Assembly: GCF_036321535.1 (NCBI RefSeq)
Contig: NC_087437.1
Span: forward strand, 39,806,001 to 39,870,000
Direction of reading: 5' to 3'
Length of the DNA stretch: 64,000 bases
From: Camelus dromedarius
Lineage: Eukaryota
The notes below the pieces were generated by a model. The model was not told where the DNA came from and did not search any database. It saw nothing but the letters and a program-made list of their open reading frames with translations. The position numbers were made by a program, and so were the translations under genes. Shown piece by piece: positions 49,304 through 61,720 of the stretch. Numbering within the stretch: the first letter of the stretch is position 1; each line of letters starts with the position of its first letter.

Positions 49304-51351
49304 GGACTGTGGTTTACATGTGGGCAGAATGTGTGGTTTACTACCTCTAATTTGTTTATGTTGTTGATGGTGGTTTCAGAAGAAAGCTGCAGCCCTTCAC
49401 ATGCTAAAGAGTGACCTGATTTGCTTCCTTTAAGAAAAAAAGTGTTTAAAGGGGGGGAGGGGGAGCATGAGGGTGCATTAATGTGCTCTTGCTAATGGAG
49501 GAGCCACTGGGGTCCCTTTGACCACAGCTCTGCTTCATCCAGCTCTGCATGTGAAATGAGAGCCCCAACTTGTTTATTATAATTACCTAAGTGTGGCTTG
49601 GTGGCTTTTGGCAGATCTCCTTCTTGCCTCCAAAAGAGAGACCAAAACTCAGGAGCTACAAGTTAAAGGAAGGCGGGGCGGTGGCAGGGGGGGCAGGGGG
49701 ATATTTTGTAGCAAGGAGACTGAATTCTAATCTAAACTGGGTAAAAATATTCAAAACAACCCAAAAAGATGAAGATCAAAAAGTAAATGAGATTGCCTTC
49801 CACTTTCTACCATTTAATAAACAAAGACAGGTATGCAGGAGAACTGAATAAACAGGGTAAATGTAAGTTCAAATTCATTCTCACAGCAGACTTGATGCAG
49901 ACCCTTCCTCTTGCTACCAAACAGAAGAGCTTTCTTATAGCCAGGAGTCCTACATAAAGAAAAGAAAATAATTATGCATGTCTGGCAGAAGAGGGAGTTG
50001 TAGCAATGGCTTGCCGATAAAAAGGAATGTGAACGAGCAATAGAACTCTAACCTAACCATACCTCTTAGTTTAATATGGAGCAGAGAGTGCCCAAAAGAA
50101 GGAAATTTTGTCAGTGTCAAATTAGGTTTTATTTGAAAATGAACAATGGTCCTTTTTCTTACAAGCCTTGGTGACAAAGACAACAATGATTTCTGCTCTT
50201 AAAGCAATTCTGTGGGGAAAGTTCCTTGATTTGGCTGATTTCAGCTTGGGCTCTGGCCCTATGGCAAATACAGTATCTTCAGTGTAAAAGAAGTTAAGAT
50301 GGTTCCAAGGAGTGCAATTTTCTGCCCCCATTTCCAGCTCTAAAGGCCCCCATATTGAGTTTCCCAACACTACATCATATTAAACATAAAGTCATTCAGA
50401 ACCATGGGGATGGATGGAATGTCATTGAAAAACATCAAGGAAGGGTTTTTTTTTTTAATTTGAGAAAACATTATACACTTTGATAAAAAAGGTTTTCAGA
50501 AAAATATGAACAGATGTGCCATGCATATGTGTATACATATACTAAATAGCACTTATGGTTTGAGAGGGGGTAGTTTCAACATTGCTAAGTGGTAACACAA
50601 GCTAGGTATTTAAGGGAATGATATAATATGACAACTTCATAGACTACCAAACTATGTATGGTCTCTGGAAATTGTCATTATCAACATGTACAATAACTAG
50701 TAGCATTAGGTGGTCTGTATAGTATCCTTCATGTCTAATTGAGTCACACAGCCTAAGACACTTGATGGGCACCAGGCACTGCCTCCTAATGAGAACTGAC
50801 TTTTAAAGAAAGGCATTCAGGACCTCTTCTATATAAATTACTATCGTTTGTGGCAAGAGAGGATTATAAATGTTTGCTGGCAAAAACTAAATTTATTTAC
50901 AAACTGGGTCTAATTTATTTATGGCTCCAGTACAATCAGCTTTTGTCGAAATATTTATGTTATCTGTACTTCTGCCTTACTAAACTCTACCACAATCATA
51001 AACACTGTTGAAAAATTATTTGCAGTTAGCAGGATTTAAACTACCCATTATATCACCAGCTAGTGCCAGTAAACTTTTGCGCTGGTTGATATAGTTTCCT
51101 CTGTGGAATAAATATACATTTGACTTTCAAAATCTTTGGTGGGCTCCAGACTAGGAAAGTGAAGGATTAAACAGATATCCCAGACTTTACCAGTTTTGTG
51201 TGAATGTTTCAAATGCATATTCCAATTGAAATTTTGTGGGTAGATAGACTACAATAGTACCAGATTTAAATTTTTTTCTAGCATTAAAAAAGGAATTAGA
51301 TGATTGGAGTGTTGTGGTGATCGTCTTTGCCCAAGATGCTACTTTTCAGAC

Positions 51352-51560
51352 TATTCATTTACCCATTCCAAAACATTGACTTGGCACTGTCTTGTACCTG
51401 GAAGTGTGAGAGTTGCTATGGCTAGGTATAGACTTGAATAAGGTCAAATTTCTGACCTCAAGAGGCTTAGAATTTAATAGTGAATACAGAGATGGTAACA
51501 GGTATATGATAATGCAATAAAATAAGATCTCAGATGAGGTTAGGAAGAATGATGATTATG
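51352..51560 (-). mobile_element. L2 3' fragment
   Basis: ttcatttacccattccaaaacattga...tgaataagg...tctgacctcaagaggcttagaatttaatag. Confidence 0.6.
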
Positions 51561-51602
51561 AAGAGTTGCATATAAGTAACTGCAGTTGGGTATGCCAGTC
51601 TT

Positions 51603-51905
51603 AGAGAAGTAGGTGAAATGGGTGAAGGGAGTCAAAAGGCACAGACTTTCAGTTATAAAATAAGTTAAGTCATGGCAATATAATGTACAGTATGGTGACT
51701 ATAGTAAAGAATACTCTATTGCATATTTGAAAGTTACTAGGAGAGTAAATCATAAAAGTTCTCATTACAAAAAAGATTATAATTATGTATGATGACAATA
51801 TTAGCTAGACTTACTGTGGTGACCATTCTGAAAATATACAAATATCAAATTAGTATACCTGAAATTAACTTACTGTTATATGTCATGTATACCTCAATTT
51901 AAAAA
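51603..51905 (+). mobile_element. L1MA9-like L1 3' UTR fragment
   Basis: gggtgaagggagtcaaaaggcacagactttcagttataaaataag...aatgtacagtatggtgactatagt...tgttatatgtc...tatacctcaatttaaaaa. Confidence 0.88.
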
Positions 51906-53334
51906 TGGGAAAAAAGGATAAAACTCTTATTTCAGTTCTTGGTGGAAATGCAGTTGTCATTCACATTTATTTCTGAGTATCACCAGGTTCTTCACAGTAA
52001 CATAAGGATCAAAATAGGGATGATTTACTCTCACCGCTTCTAAATAACTCATAAAATGATGAAACCAACAGGTTCTAAAACAGCATTGCCCACATTTCCA
52101 TTACAAAATAAGCCAAGAGAAAACCACGGAGAAGTGGATGGTTTCCCTGTCATGTAACTAGTAAAAATGTATTTCTGCTTGGTCTGCTTCACTGAATAAA
52201 AGCTCTACTGTGAACCAGGTGGGACTGCTGTGATGCCAATGAAACTCCCACCAGCCTATAAATGGCCCAAACCACAACATTTATCATCCAGTTTGAATTG
52301 AAATTTGTGCCAAACAGACCAGAGATAGTTCTGGTTGACCTCAGAACAGTGCTGTATTCAGAGTAGAGACTGGCCAGATCACTCTGGAGCCTCCAATCTA
52401 AAGCAAGAGTTGTCAGAGAAAATGGTGGTGCCACCATTTTCTGGTGTCCCACACTACTCAACAGATAACAGTCCTTTCCCAAATAATACCCACATATACC
52501 TATGATAATCAAAGAAACTTAACCAAAAGCAAAAGTAGCAAACTAAATTTTGGGAGCTATATTTATGTGGTAAAAGAAAAAAATCTCAAAAAAGAATCTA
52601 TTTATCAAAGTGCTTCATAAAAAAAGGAACGCCAACATTTGTAACTTCATGTTTTTTAGTACATACATCAAATAATGTGCTGCCTATTTATATCAACATT
52701 ATATAAAACGACTCCTCCTTAGATCCGGGTATTATTCTCCAGAATTAGCAAAATCTCACTGATTCTGTTTTATGCTTTTGCTGAACATTTAATGGATTGA
52801 TTTCAATAAATCTTCTTTAAAAAACTGATTTTAATACATTATAGGTATTAAATATAACTGTCAGTAGTTGAGTTATTAAATACAGTTAAGTTAAATAAAA
52901 TCTTTTAGCATCATAATGCTTAATTGGTGAAATAAGTGATTGAAATATCCACTTTTCATAGCATTGCAGAATCTTAGAGCTAAAGAAACCAGGAAGGTAT
53001 CAGTTTACTCTTCTAAACATCTAAGATGCTTGCTGATTCAGATATATTGTGGATCAATCCATGTAAACCTACATAAACTATGACTGCCTGAGAGGAAAAA
53101 TTGGAAATGTTATAATTCTATCAAAAGTATACGATGTTAAGAAAGTCCACTGGGGGCAGGAGAGAAGCATATAAAATAATTACACAATAAGTTAACAAGC
53201 CTTGTGTTGTTTTCATTTTTGTCGTTTTTGTTGCTCTTGTTGCTGTCTTACTATATCTACCTCACTCAACTTTTTAATACTCATCACCACTATTAAATCT
53301 TAGCAACTATGATCCAATATATGCCACAAACCGT

Positions 53335-53700
53335 TAATCATTTAGTCAACAAGATGTCTATGTGCAAAGCACCATGGGGAGGTCACAAAAAAGACTAAAG
53401 TGAAATCGCTGATTTCAAAGGATTTACAAACTAGTCAGGGAGATAAGACAAATGCCCAGGATGAATGAACTTTTATACTATAAAGCTGCACTGAATAGAG
53501 TCAAGTGAATGGTACAGAAAACAAGAACTACAATAATCAACACTAAAAGCGATTTTCCTGTTTTTTAAGAGAAAACTGAAGTGGAAGATGGCTAAAAATT
53601 CTATCTGTGATGAAGTCAGATAATCAAGAGGATTGTGAAACAAAAGGTTATAGACTGCGGCTGAGCCTTGGAAAGGTAATGACTTTTAATTGGATTGAGT
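53335..53700 (-). mobile_element. Degenerate L2 3' fragment
   Basis: tcatttagtcaacaa...ctatgtgcaaagcacc...tcaaaggatttacaaactagtcagggagataagaca. Confidence 0.6.
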
Positions 53701-54620
53701 TTATCATATTTGCAGAGGTACAGCAGACACAGAAGAAAGGATTAGAGTGATTTCCACTTTCCATTATTTGGCATAATGAGAAAACAGAGGGTGGTCCACA
53801 TCTCTCGTACATATTATGAGCCATAGAAGATGCTTAATATGTCAGCTTTGGGTAGCACTGAGCTCTCCTAAATAAACACATTTATTTGGACATAGTTAAG
53901 TCAAAATAAGTCACCTGGAAAAAAAGGTACAGGTCATTAATTTGCATAGTGCAAAGGATTTATGAATTTTTAAATTAACACTCCTAAATCTCCACACCAT
54001 TTCAAACAGTAGAGTATATCTGCATTTTTCTTCAAAGTTTAGCCAGCTTAAAAGGGTCAAATGAAAATACTTGGCTAAAAAAAAAAAAAAAAAAGCTGAG
54101 CAGACTCTTTCTTCCAGGTAGAAAAGAACTGCATTATAAATTCTTCCCAAACCCAGCATTATTTACATCAAGTCAGAACACATATAAAAAAGGAACAAAC
54201 AATAACTTTGTGTAAATATGTGGCAAGTCATAAGAGGACCAGGCAACTGGCACACCCCAAATTCTGGTGAGCCGAAGTAGGAAAGGTTATTAAAGCACAC
54301 CTCCACCAGGATTCTTCTGGACTATAAAGTGATGAGGGCAGGGAGCATGGGCCTAATTTACTGTGGGAATCCCCTCAGTAAAATGTTCTAGGTCATAATA
54401 ATAATTTGGTCTGTATTTGATGACTCAAAAATGTCAGACAAAACAAACCAATTGTACTTGAATTAGTGGTAGTACCTTTTTTTCCTTCTCTAAACTGAGA
54501 AAGTCTCGGATAAATGTGCAAAAGGCATCACACAAATTGTGCCCTCAGTCTGTTGAAGGATACAGTAAAAATGACCCACTGAAGGAAGAGAAAGTGTATG
54601 CTGAATCTACACATGCTTAT

Positions 54621-54658
54621 ACACACACACACATGCACACACACACACACACACACAC
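54621..54658 (+). repeat. Interrupted (AC)n microsatellite
   Basis: Read directly from the sequence. Confidence 0.95.
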
Positions 54659-54944
54659 TCCAAATGCTTAAGGTGCTAATAGATGAATTTTAATGGAATC
54701 AGTTCAAATTTGTCCCATGTCTTCTTTACATTGCAGCCTCTTCAAATAGATTTGTTATTGAAAGAATGAAAATAGACAAACAAAAAGATTCTGTATGGGT
54801 AAACCATATTTCTATCCTTTCCTCAAGATTTTTACTGAGTCCTCCAGGAAGGAACATTGGTAAACCAATATCAAATATTGCCAAGTAATTGATTCTACCA
54901 GCTTTTATTGCAGTGTCTGCTATGAACCAGCCGTACTTTGTAGG

Positions 54945-55066
54945 TTATAGAATGTAGGTTTCCCCAGGGTAGGGACTATATCTGCTTTGCTCACTGATGT
55001 ATCTGCAGCACCAAGCATAGTGTCTGGCACATAGTAAATGTTCAATAAATACTTAAGTGAATAAAT
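54945..55066 (+). mobile_element. L2a 3' terminus
   Basis: tagaatgtagg...gggtagggact...tctgctttgctcactgatgtatc...gtgtctggcacatagtaaatgttcaataaatacttaagtgaataaat. Confidence 0.85.
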
Positions 55067-55339
55067 ATAGGAATGGATAAATACAGAAACGAGCCTTCAA
55101 AGAGTTCAGAGACTACAACAGCTACCTCAAATCAGGCTTTGCATCCAAATTTCATTTGGAGCTTATTTTGAAAAATACGAACTCTATGGCATTTCTAGAA
55201 CTAGCAAAAAAGAAGCCTTATTTATATGATGGGATCATTCTTCATAACATCTCCAGCTTCCTAGTCTAGTGCTTCAACCCACAATATCACAAGTAAATTC
55301 AGATAAACTGTAAACCCCAAGCCAATTCCCTTTTAAACC

Positions 55340-55428
55340 AGAAGACCATATGGTGTTCTAGTTCACATAACTACTTATGTGACCCTGGGAAAGTCAATCT
55401 GTCTGAACCTCAATTTCTTCATCCATAT
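55340..55428 (+). mobile_element. MIR fragment abutting MER33
   Basis: tatgtgaccctgggaaagtca...ctgtctgaacctcaatttcttcatc. Confidence 0.7.
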
Positions 55429-55430
55429 CT

Positions 55431-55752
55431 GATATTTGCCCAATATGTTAGCCACTAGACACATGTGACAATTGAGCATTTGAAATGTGACTATTCCAAA
55501 TTAAGATGTGCTGTAAGCTTAAAAATATACACTGGACTTTGAAAACTTGGTACAAAAATTATAAAACATCTAGTTGATAATTTTTGTTTATTGATTACAT
55601 ACTGAAATAATACAATTTGGGATAGCATGGGTTAGATAAGATATTTTAGTAAAATTAATTCTCCCTGTTTCTTTTTACCTGTCTTAATGTGGCTATCAGA
55701 AAATTTTTAATTAATATAAGGCTCTCATTTATATTTCTATTAGACAACACTG
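55431..55752 (+). mobile_element. MER33 hAT-Charlie DNA element, near full length
   Basis: tgcccaatatgttagccactagacacatgtgac...aatgtggctatcagaaaattt...tatatttctattagacaacactg. Confidence 0.9.
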
Positions 55753-55991
55753 GTTTTTAAAACACTTGTGACACAAACTTGATCTGATAAGAATCAGAAG
55801 AAATAATGCATTTGAGCATCTTCTGTAAATTTTAGAGGAAGCTATGAATGCCAGAAGTCCATCTACCTGCATTCAGATAACAAAAAGTAATGAAATGGTT
55901 CATGAACAATTCATTCTGTACCACTTCCCCATCAATAAATCTCTGAATAAACACTGGTGAAACCAAATGTAAAGAAAGATCAATGTGTTCA

Positions 55992-56636
55992 TTCCAGCAA
56001 TCCCACTCTTAGGCATATATCTGGAGGGAACTCTAATTTGAAAAGATACATGCACCCCAATGTTCATAGCAGCACTATTTACAATAGCCAAGACATGGAA
56101 GCAGCCTAAATGTCCATCGACAGATGACTGGATAAGGAAGTTGTGGTATAGTTATACAATGGAATACTACTCAGTGATAAAAAAAGGAATAAAATAATTC
56201 CATTTGCAGCAACACAGATGGACCTGGAGATCGTCATTCAAAGTGAAGTAAGCCAGAAAGAGAAAGAAAAATACCATACAATATCACTCATATGTGAAAT
56301 CTAAAAAAAAAAAAAAAAAGAAAAGAAAGAAGAGGACACTAATGAACTCATCTACAAAAGAAACAGACTCACAAACATAATAAACAACCTTATGGTTACT
56401 GGGGCAAGAGGGTGGGAAGAGATAAATTTGGTAGTTTGAGATTTGCAAATGTTAACCACTATAGATAAAAATAGATAAAAAACAAATTTCTTCTGTATAG
56501 CACAGGAAACTATATTCATTATCTTGTAACAACATTTAATGAAAAAGAATATGAAAATGAATATATATATACACATACATATAAATGCATGACTGGGACA
56601 TTATGCTGTATACCAGAAACTGACTATACTTTTTTA
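55992..56636 (+). mobile_element. 5'-truncated lineage-specific (camelid-like) L1: ORF2 C-terminus remnant + 3' UTR, with 17-bp TSD
   Basis: Translates PAIPLLGIYLEGTLI*KDTCTPMFIAALFTIAKTWKQPKCPSTDDWIRKLWYSYTMEYYS (L1 ORF2 C-terminus with an in-frame stop). Flanks aaagatcaatgtgttca (55975-55991) and aaaaatcaatgtggtca (56637-56653). Confidence 0.95.
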
Positions 56637-58174
56637 AAAAATCAATGTGGTCACTGACACAGTACAAAAAGATGAGTTCCTTCCAGAACACTCCCCTGCC
56701 AGGACTCTCTGTGATGATGCTGGAAACAACCTGGCCTGAGTAAGGTTAGAGGAAGGTTTTTATTTGAAAGAGGCATTATTGGCCAAAGAACAATGAGCAA
56801 TGTATTTGATAATGGGAAATGATAAACTTTTTCCATGATTTTAGCCCAAAATGTAGAGAAGAAAAAGCCATGAGATTAGTTTATCTCTTTCCCTATCTCT
56901 TGGGTAGGATAATTCAGTTCTTCCCACAAACATCTCGTTTCAACACTTCAAAAAGAACACGTGCCTTGAAAGATTAAAGAATATGATAAAACAACATGAA
57001 GAACTTTCTTGCTGTTCTTCCATTACTACAGAGTAATTGGTGAACCTCCAAAAACACCTCCTAAGTCTCAGCTGATGGATGAAGATGGAGACAGGTACTC
57101 CCGGGGCTGTACATACATCACACTACCCTGATAACATTCCCAAGACTTTTAAGGTGCTCAGTAGGTCAGAATACAGGCAAACCCACCCAGAGTTCTCTCA
57201 AAGTTCTATTATGCAAAAGTAAGAAGTAGCCAGGGTTCCTTTGAGGGTAGGAAATTGATTTGTCATATATGCGATTCATTCTGTACTCTGACCAGATCAA
57301 GCCTCTAGACATTTATGAATATTAATTGACAATTTACTGCAGTGTAAGGCAGTTGCTAACCTAACATTCCAGCCTTTGTTCCAAGCCTCGTATCGTTTTC
57401 TTCCAGGCTGTTGATTTTGGAGTGGCTGTGTAATCCTAGTGAACTGCTAGCAAAGAGTGATCAATCAACACTTTGAAAGCTTCTGGTTCATCCCACTACC
57501 TGGGAGCTGCTTTGATGAACAGTATTCTTGGGACTATGCAAAATGTACTTGTGGGAACAGGAAGGTTATTATTCTTATCTTTTATTTACATTTAAACAAA
57601 ATCTTTTGTTTACAACAAATCCCCACTTGCCCTGAGATTATTCTGTCCCAAACTCAAGTCACTAAAGCTCTTTGTACATTTACATCAGTGTTTTCTCTAT
57701 GGATTTAATGATGGCCTCCAATTTATCCACATTTGGGGACACATTAACAATTTAAAAAAGTAAAAATTCCCTCTATCCCATTTTAAAACTTGGATAAAGG
57801 GATTGAAGAACATATAATACAGTTGTTTTCATGGATGAGTATATGCTGCTGAAGGTATATCATTCTGCCAAGAAAGTTATATCCTGGGTCAAGACTGACA
57901 TTCATTTTCGAACGACCTCGGGGAGTCAGAGCGCATCTGTTTTCTTTTTGAAGATTGGTCAGGGAGCGCTCGGAAAGTTCTTTCATGATTGGTCATAACC
58001 AATTTGCCCAGCTTATGCCTTTACATCCTTTAATCTAGCCACAATGATTTATTTCATGTCTGTGAACATCCTGTAGAATTTGGTTACTCTGTGTTGTTTT
58101 CCTTGACAACCTTCTGATCTCAAATGCCCTTCCCTCACTCTCCATCATGCTGCTCCCTAGTGAGGGCCTACCCT

Positions 58175-58395
58175 TGTTCTGAGAGCTAGGGATGGAGCAG
58201 TGAGCAAAACCAGCAATGCCCCTAATCTCGAGAACCTTATAACCTGGTGGAGAGCGGGAGAAAGGGACCAATACATAGACGGAGAATCTGAGAGAGTCTT
58301 AGGGGCTGTGGAGAAAATGAAACAGCAACATGGGGATCAGTGACTACTTTAGATAGGGAAGGCCTCACAGAGGAGGCAGCACTTAAGATTTATGC
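58175..58395 (-). mobile_element. L2a fragment
   Basis: tgttctgagagctagggatggagcagtgagcaaaac...ctactttagatagggaaggcctcacagaggagg. Confidence 0.75.
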
Positions 58396-58404
58396 ACTGA
58401 GACT

Positions 58405-58690
58405 CTTGCCGATCCAATTTAGATGTCACCTCATCTGCTCAGGGTTCCCAATCTACACGTCCTCCACCTCCCCAACCAGAGTGAGCTCCTTCCTTTTTGG
58501 ATCCCAGAGAATATAAAATGTACATCAGAATACATTCCTCTGTTATGTACCCGGCTGCTGTTATAGCTAGTTGTTTTCATGTCTATTTCCCCATTTTGAT
58601 TTTCAGCTACTTGAGGGCAAGTGCTATGTCTCAATTATCTTTAGATCCTCCCTCCAGTGCTGTGAAGATAGTAGATGTTCACTCTCAAAT
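58405..58690 (+). mobile_element. L2 3' fragment
   Basis: tccaatttagatgtcacctc...catgtctatttcccc...agctacttgagggcaagtgctatgtct...atagtagatgttca. Confidence 0.7.
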
Positions 58691-60879
58691 CGAACCAACT
58701 TTAGAAAATGCTAATTATGATAAGTTTCATTTTTAAAACCTGTGCTTTGTAGCTCACTCAGCTCTGAATCTTAAGCAGATTTTAAAGAAAGCTGTTATCC
58801 ACAGAAGTCACTGCCACCTCTGGAAAAGAGGTATTTTTCAGAGGGTTCTAAACTATTGATTATTTAGAATAGTTGCTCAAGCAAGTGATAGTTGCCAAGT
58901 GCTCTTCTGAGGAGGTTAAAGTTTGGAAACAATGATCTCTTCCAACAAATTTCAGACAATTACCCCTCGGTCCCAAAAAGGAAATTCTCAAGCTTTCTGT
59001 TCAAAAATACCCCCCTAAATTGAGAATTCCCTTGCTGAAAAGAATCAGAAAGAGAAGCTTTTGGTTAATAAACGAGAGCATTGAGCTGACCTTGCACAAC
59101 ACAAGCTGGATTTCACAATAGCCAGGGAGAGTAAGCAGGGAGTTTGAAAATTCTACCAGACAATTTTGGGGTTTGTTTCTGTGTTTTTTTAATAAACACT
59201 TGGTTCTTTTGTTCTGGGCTTAAGGACTGCTCAATAAAGTCTTCTATTCTTGAAGTGATACTTTAAAAAATATAAGTACAGTGTTCAAATATAAGAATTA
59301 ATAAGACAAATTTTTAAATGCCCTTTTCTGAAGAACCCAAGTGTTCTTACTTATGGGATCTGATTCTGAAATTCTAATTTAATAAATGAGCCCCCCAACC
59401 CTCTACCTCAAAAAGGAATGCCTCCAAGTTTAGACAGAGGTAGGATAAATATGCCACATTCTATTTCAAATACCAAGAACAAGGTAAGTATTTTCCCTGC
59501 TGCTTCCCTACTCTGTAATTTGACATCCATTTTAATGATGCTTGCTTTATTGCTTGTCAGAAAAGTGAAATGGCCTGTCAATTTTATGGAGTTTCTCCTA
59601 CCTTCTGGATGGTTATATTACATTTTGAAATAAGTGTATAGCTTGCCCATCTCCTTTATTTTTTTTTATCCTAAATGGTGCATGTGTGGGTTTGGTACTT
59701 GGCGGCCAGTGGAATGAAGTCATAATTTCAGGAGTCCAAGAGAATAGATCAAAATCATGCCAACACTTTCACGGATGGGTATATGCTGCTAAATGAGTGT
59801 TTACGTAAAGAAGTCATCATCTGGCGTGCAGCATAGCGAATGTTCCTAAGCAGCTAACTCATGTATACTAAACAAATTTGGCTTGGCTGCTGCAAGAGCA
59901 GCCCTGTGGAAATTCTCAACATACATTTGTTTGATTGAGCCATCATTCCCGGTTGATCTGCTGATGATCTGTGTCACTTTGTTTAAATGTCGTAGTGCGG
60001 TTTTTTATATATATACAGTGAAAAGCCAGTATATTCCTGTGATGGATTAAATAGAGGTGAAATTTGAGAGTGACTCCTGTTTTTGATTCCTGTGTTCTCA
60101 GACAGGTGGGTCTGGAGTGATCAAGAATGTCACATTTGAACACAGGGGAAAATATGGAGCCCTTTTGATTTAAAACACATTACTCTAAAGATATATTTGC
60201 TACCGTGTTATCCCAGTACAAGGAGCTATTTAGGATACCCCATCCAAACAAACACCATATGGGTGAATTCTCAACCTCCCTTGCAAACATCCAAAAACCG
60301 AGGCTATAAAACTCACTGCTGGGAAATGCAGTTTGAGAGAAGCAAGCAAGGCCCATTTCTGACGTACAGATTCAGAAATCAAATGCAAGGTCAGGTTAGA
60401 ACCGAAGCTCCAGATCTCAAATATCCTGGTAATGGTTCGGAGGGAAACCCAACACCACAGTGCCATACCATGTCTGAGGCACTAATCAAGCGACTGCCTG
60501 TTTGCTCCGTGGCTAAAGCACTTCCTCCAGCTAATCTTCCCAGATAGGCTCTCAGCTTTAATAACCTATGGGGTCTGCTGTTAAGTGTGGGGATCTGGGT
60601 ACCATCAGCACTGATGTCTCCACTCTGCCATACCCCAGACAACACGTGATGCCCACGCACTCCCTCCCCTTAGCTCCCGTGGAGGCGGTAGACCAAGGCC
60701 TGTCTGAAGCTGGGTCTCCCACCCCAAAAAATACTTTCCTGACCCAACCTGCTCTCATATCTGAAATTCTCCCCAACTAAGCACTATTCCTTTGGGTTAA
60801 GACAAAACCGTCTCCAAGACTCCCCTTGACCAGTTACAGTTTGCTCATTTGAAATGCATTTAAAAATCGGCTATGGGCC

Positions 60880-61720
60880 ACACAGACACTGAGTTTGCAC
60901 TCTAGAAGCCCAAATGACGGACCTCATTCCTGGCCTCAAAGAACCACAGTCCAGTAGAAAAGGAAACTGTGCAAATAAAACACAGTACCCATGATCAACA
61001 AACTACAAACGAGGTACAGAAGAGAAAGGAACTCATTCTGAGGGTGAGAAAGGTTAGGAAAAGCTTCCTGGGGATGGTGACATCTAAGAAGAGTGTTAAA
61101 GAATGAAGATGGCTTCAAAGGAGTTTCCCAGAGAAAAGACAAGGGAAGAAAAACCATTCCAGGAAGAAGAAGGAGCATATTTTAAAGTACACCCAGCTTA
61201 GTATGAGCATTAGACTAAGGGTTTCTCAGTGTCACCTGATGTATAGTGGGAAAGAAGGTAGATAGAGATGTGAAGGCAGAAGCAATAAGGAGCCAAACGG
61301 TCGAAGACCCCTGTGCCATGATCTAGTGTTGGCCCTTTCTCCTGTTATGAATAGTGTGCTGGTGAAGAGTCTCAGGGAAGAGAATGAAAAGATCAGAGCT
61401 GTGTTTTAGGATGATCACTCTGACTCAAAGAACAGGAGACATTTAAGAAGGATGACATAGAAGGCAGGTGAGCCAGTCAGAAGGGATTTCAGTAGTCCAT
61501 GGGAGGGACCACAAAGGGTTTTTTAAAATGACAGTGATAGTGGAGGATGAAGAGTAAGAAAGAGAGATTTGGGAGTAAAATTAGGAGAATTTGGTGAGGA
61601 AGTGGGGAAGTGGGGGATAAAACAACCCCAGTGAGCCAGTATACTACATCATGAGTAAGTAGAGTCTGCACGCTGAGGGATGGACACGCATAGGGGATGA
61701 GAAGACAAAGGCTGGAATAC
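60880..61720 (-). mobile_element. L2 LINE, ~0.8 kb fragment
   Basis: cattcctggcctcaaagaaccacagtccagt...ggttaggaaaagcttcctggggatggtgacatctaag...cattccaggaaga...gatcagagctgtgttttaggatgatcactctgac. Confidence 0.8.

Noticed and set aside
55900..56576. Minus-strand ORFs MAIVNSAAMNIGVHVSF... and MCIYIFIF...
   Set aside because: These are antisense translations of the L1, a common source of spurious predicted proteins.
60197..60780. Cluster of overlapping 70-116 aa ORFs
   Set aside because: Locally higher GC lowers stop-codon frequency. No homology or splice structure recognised.
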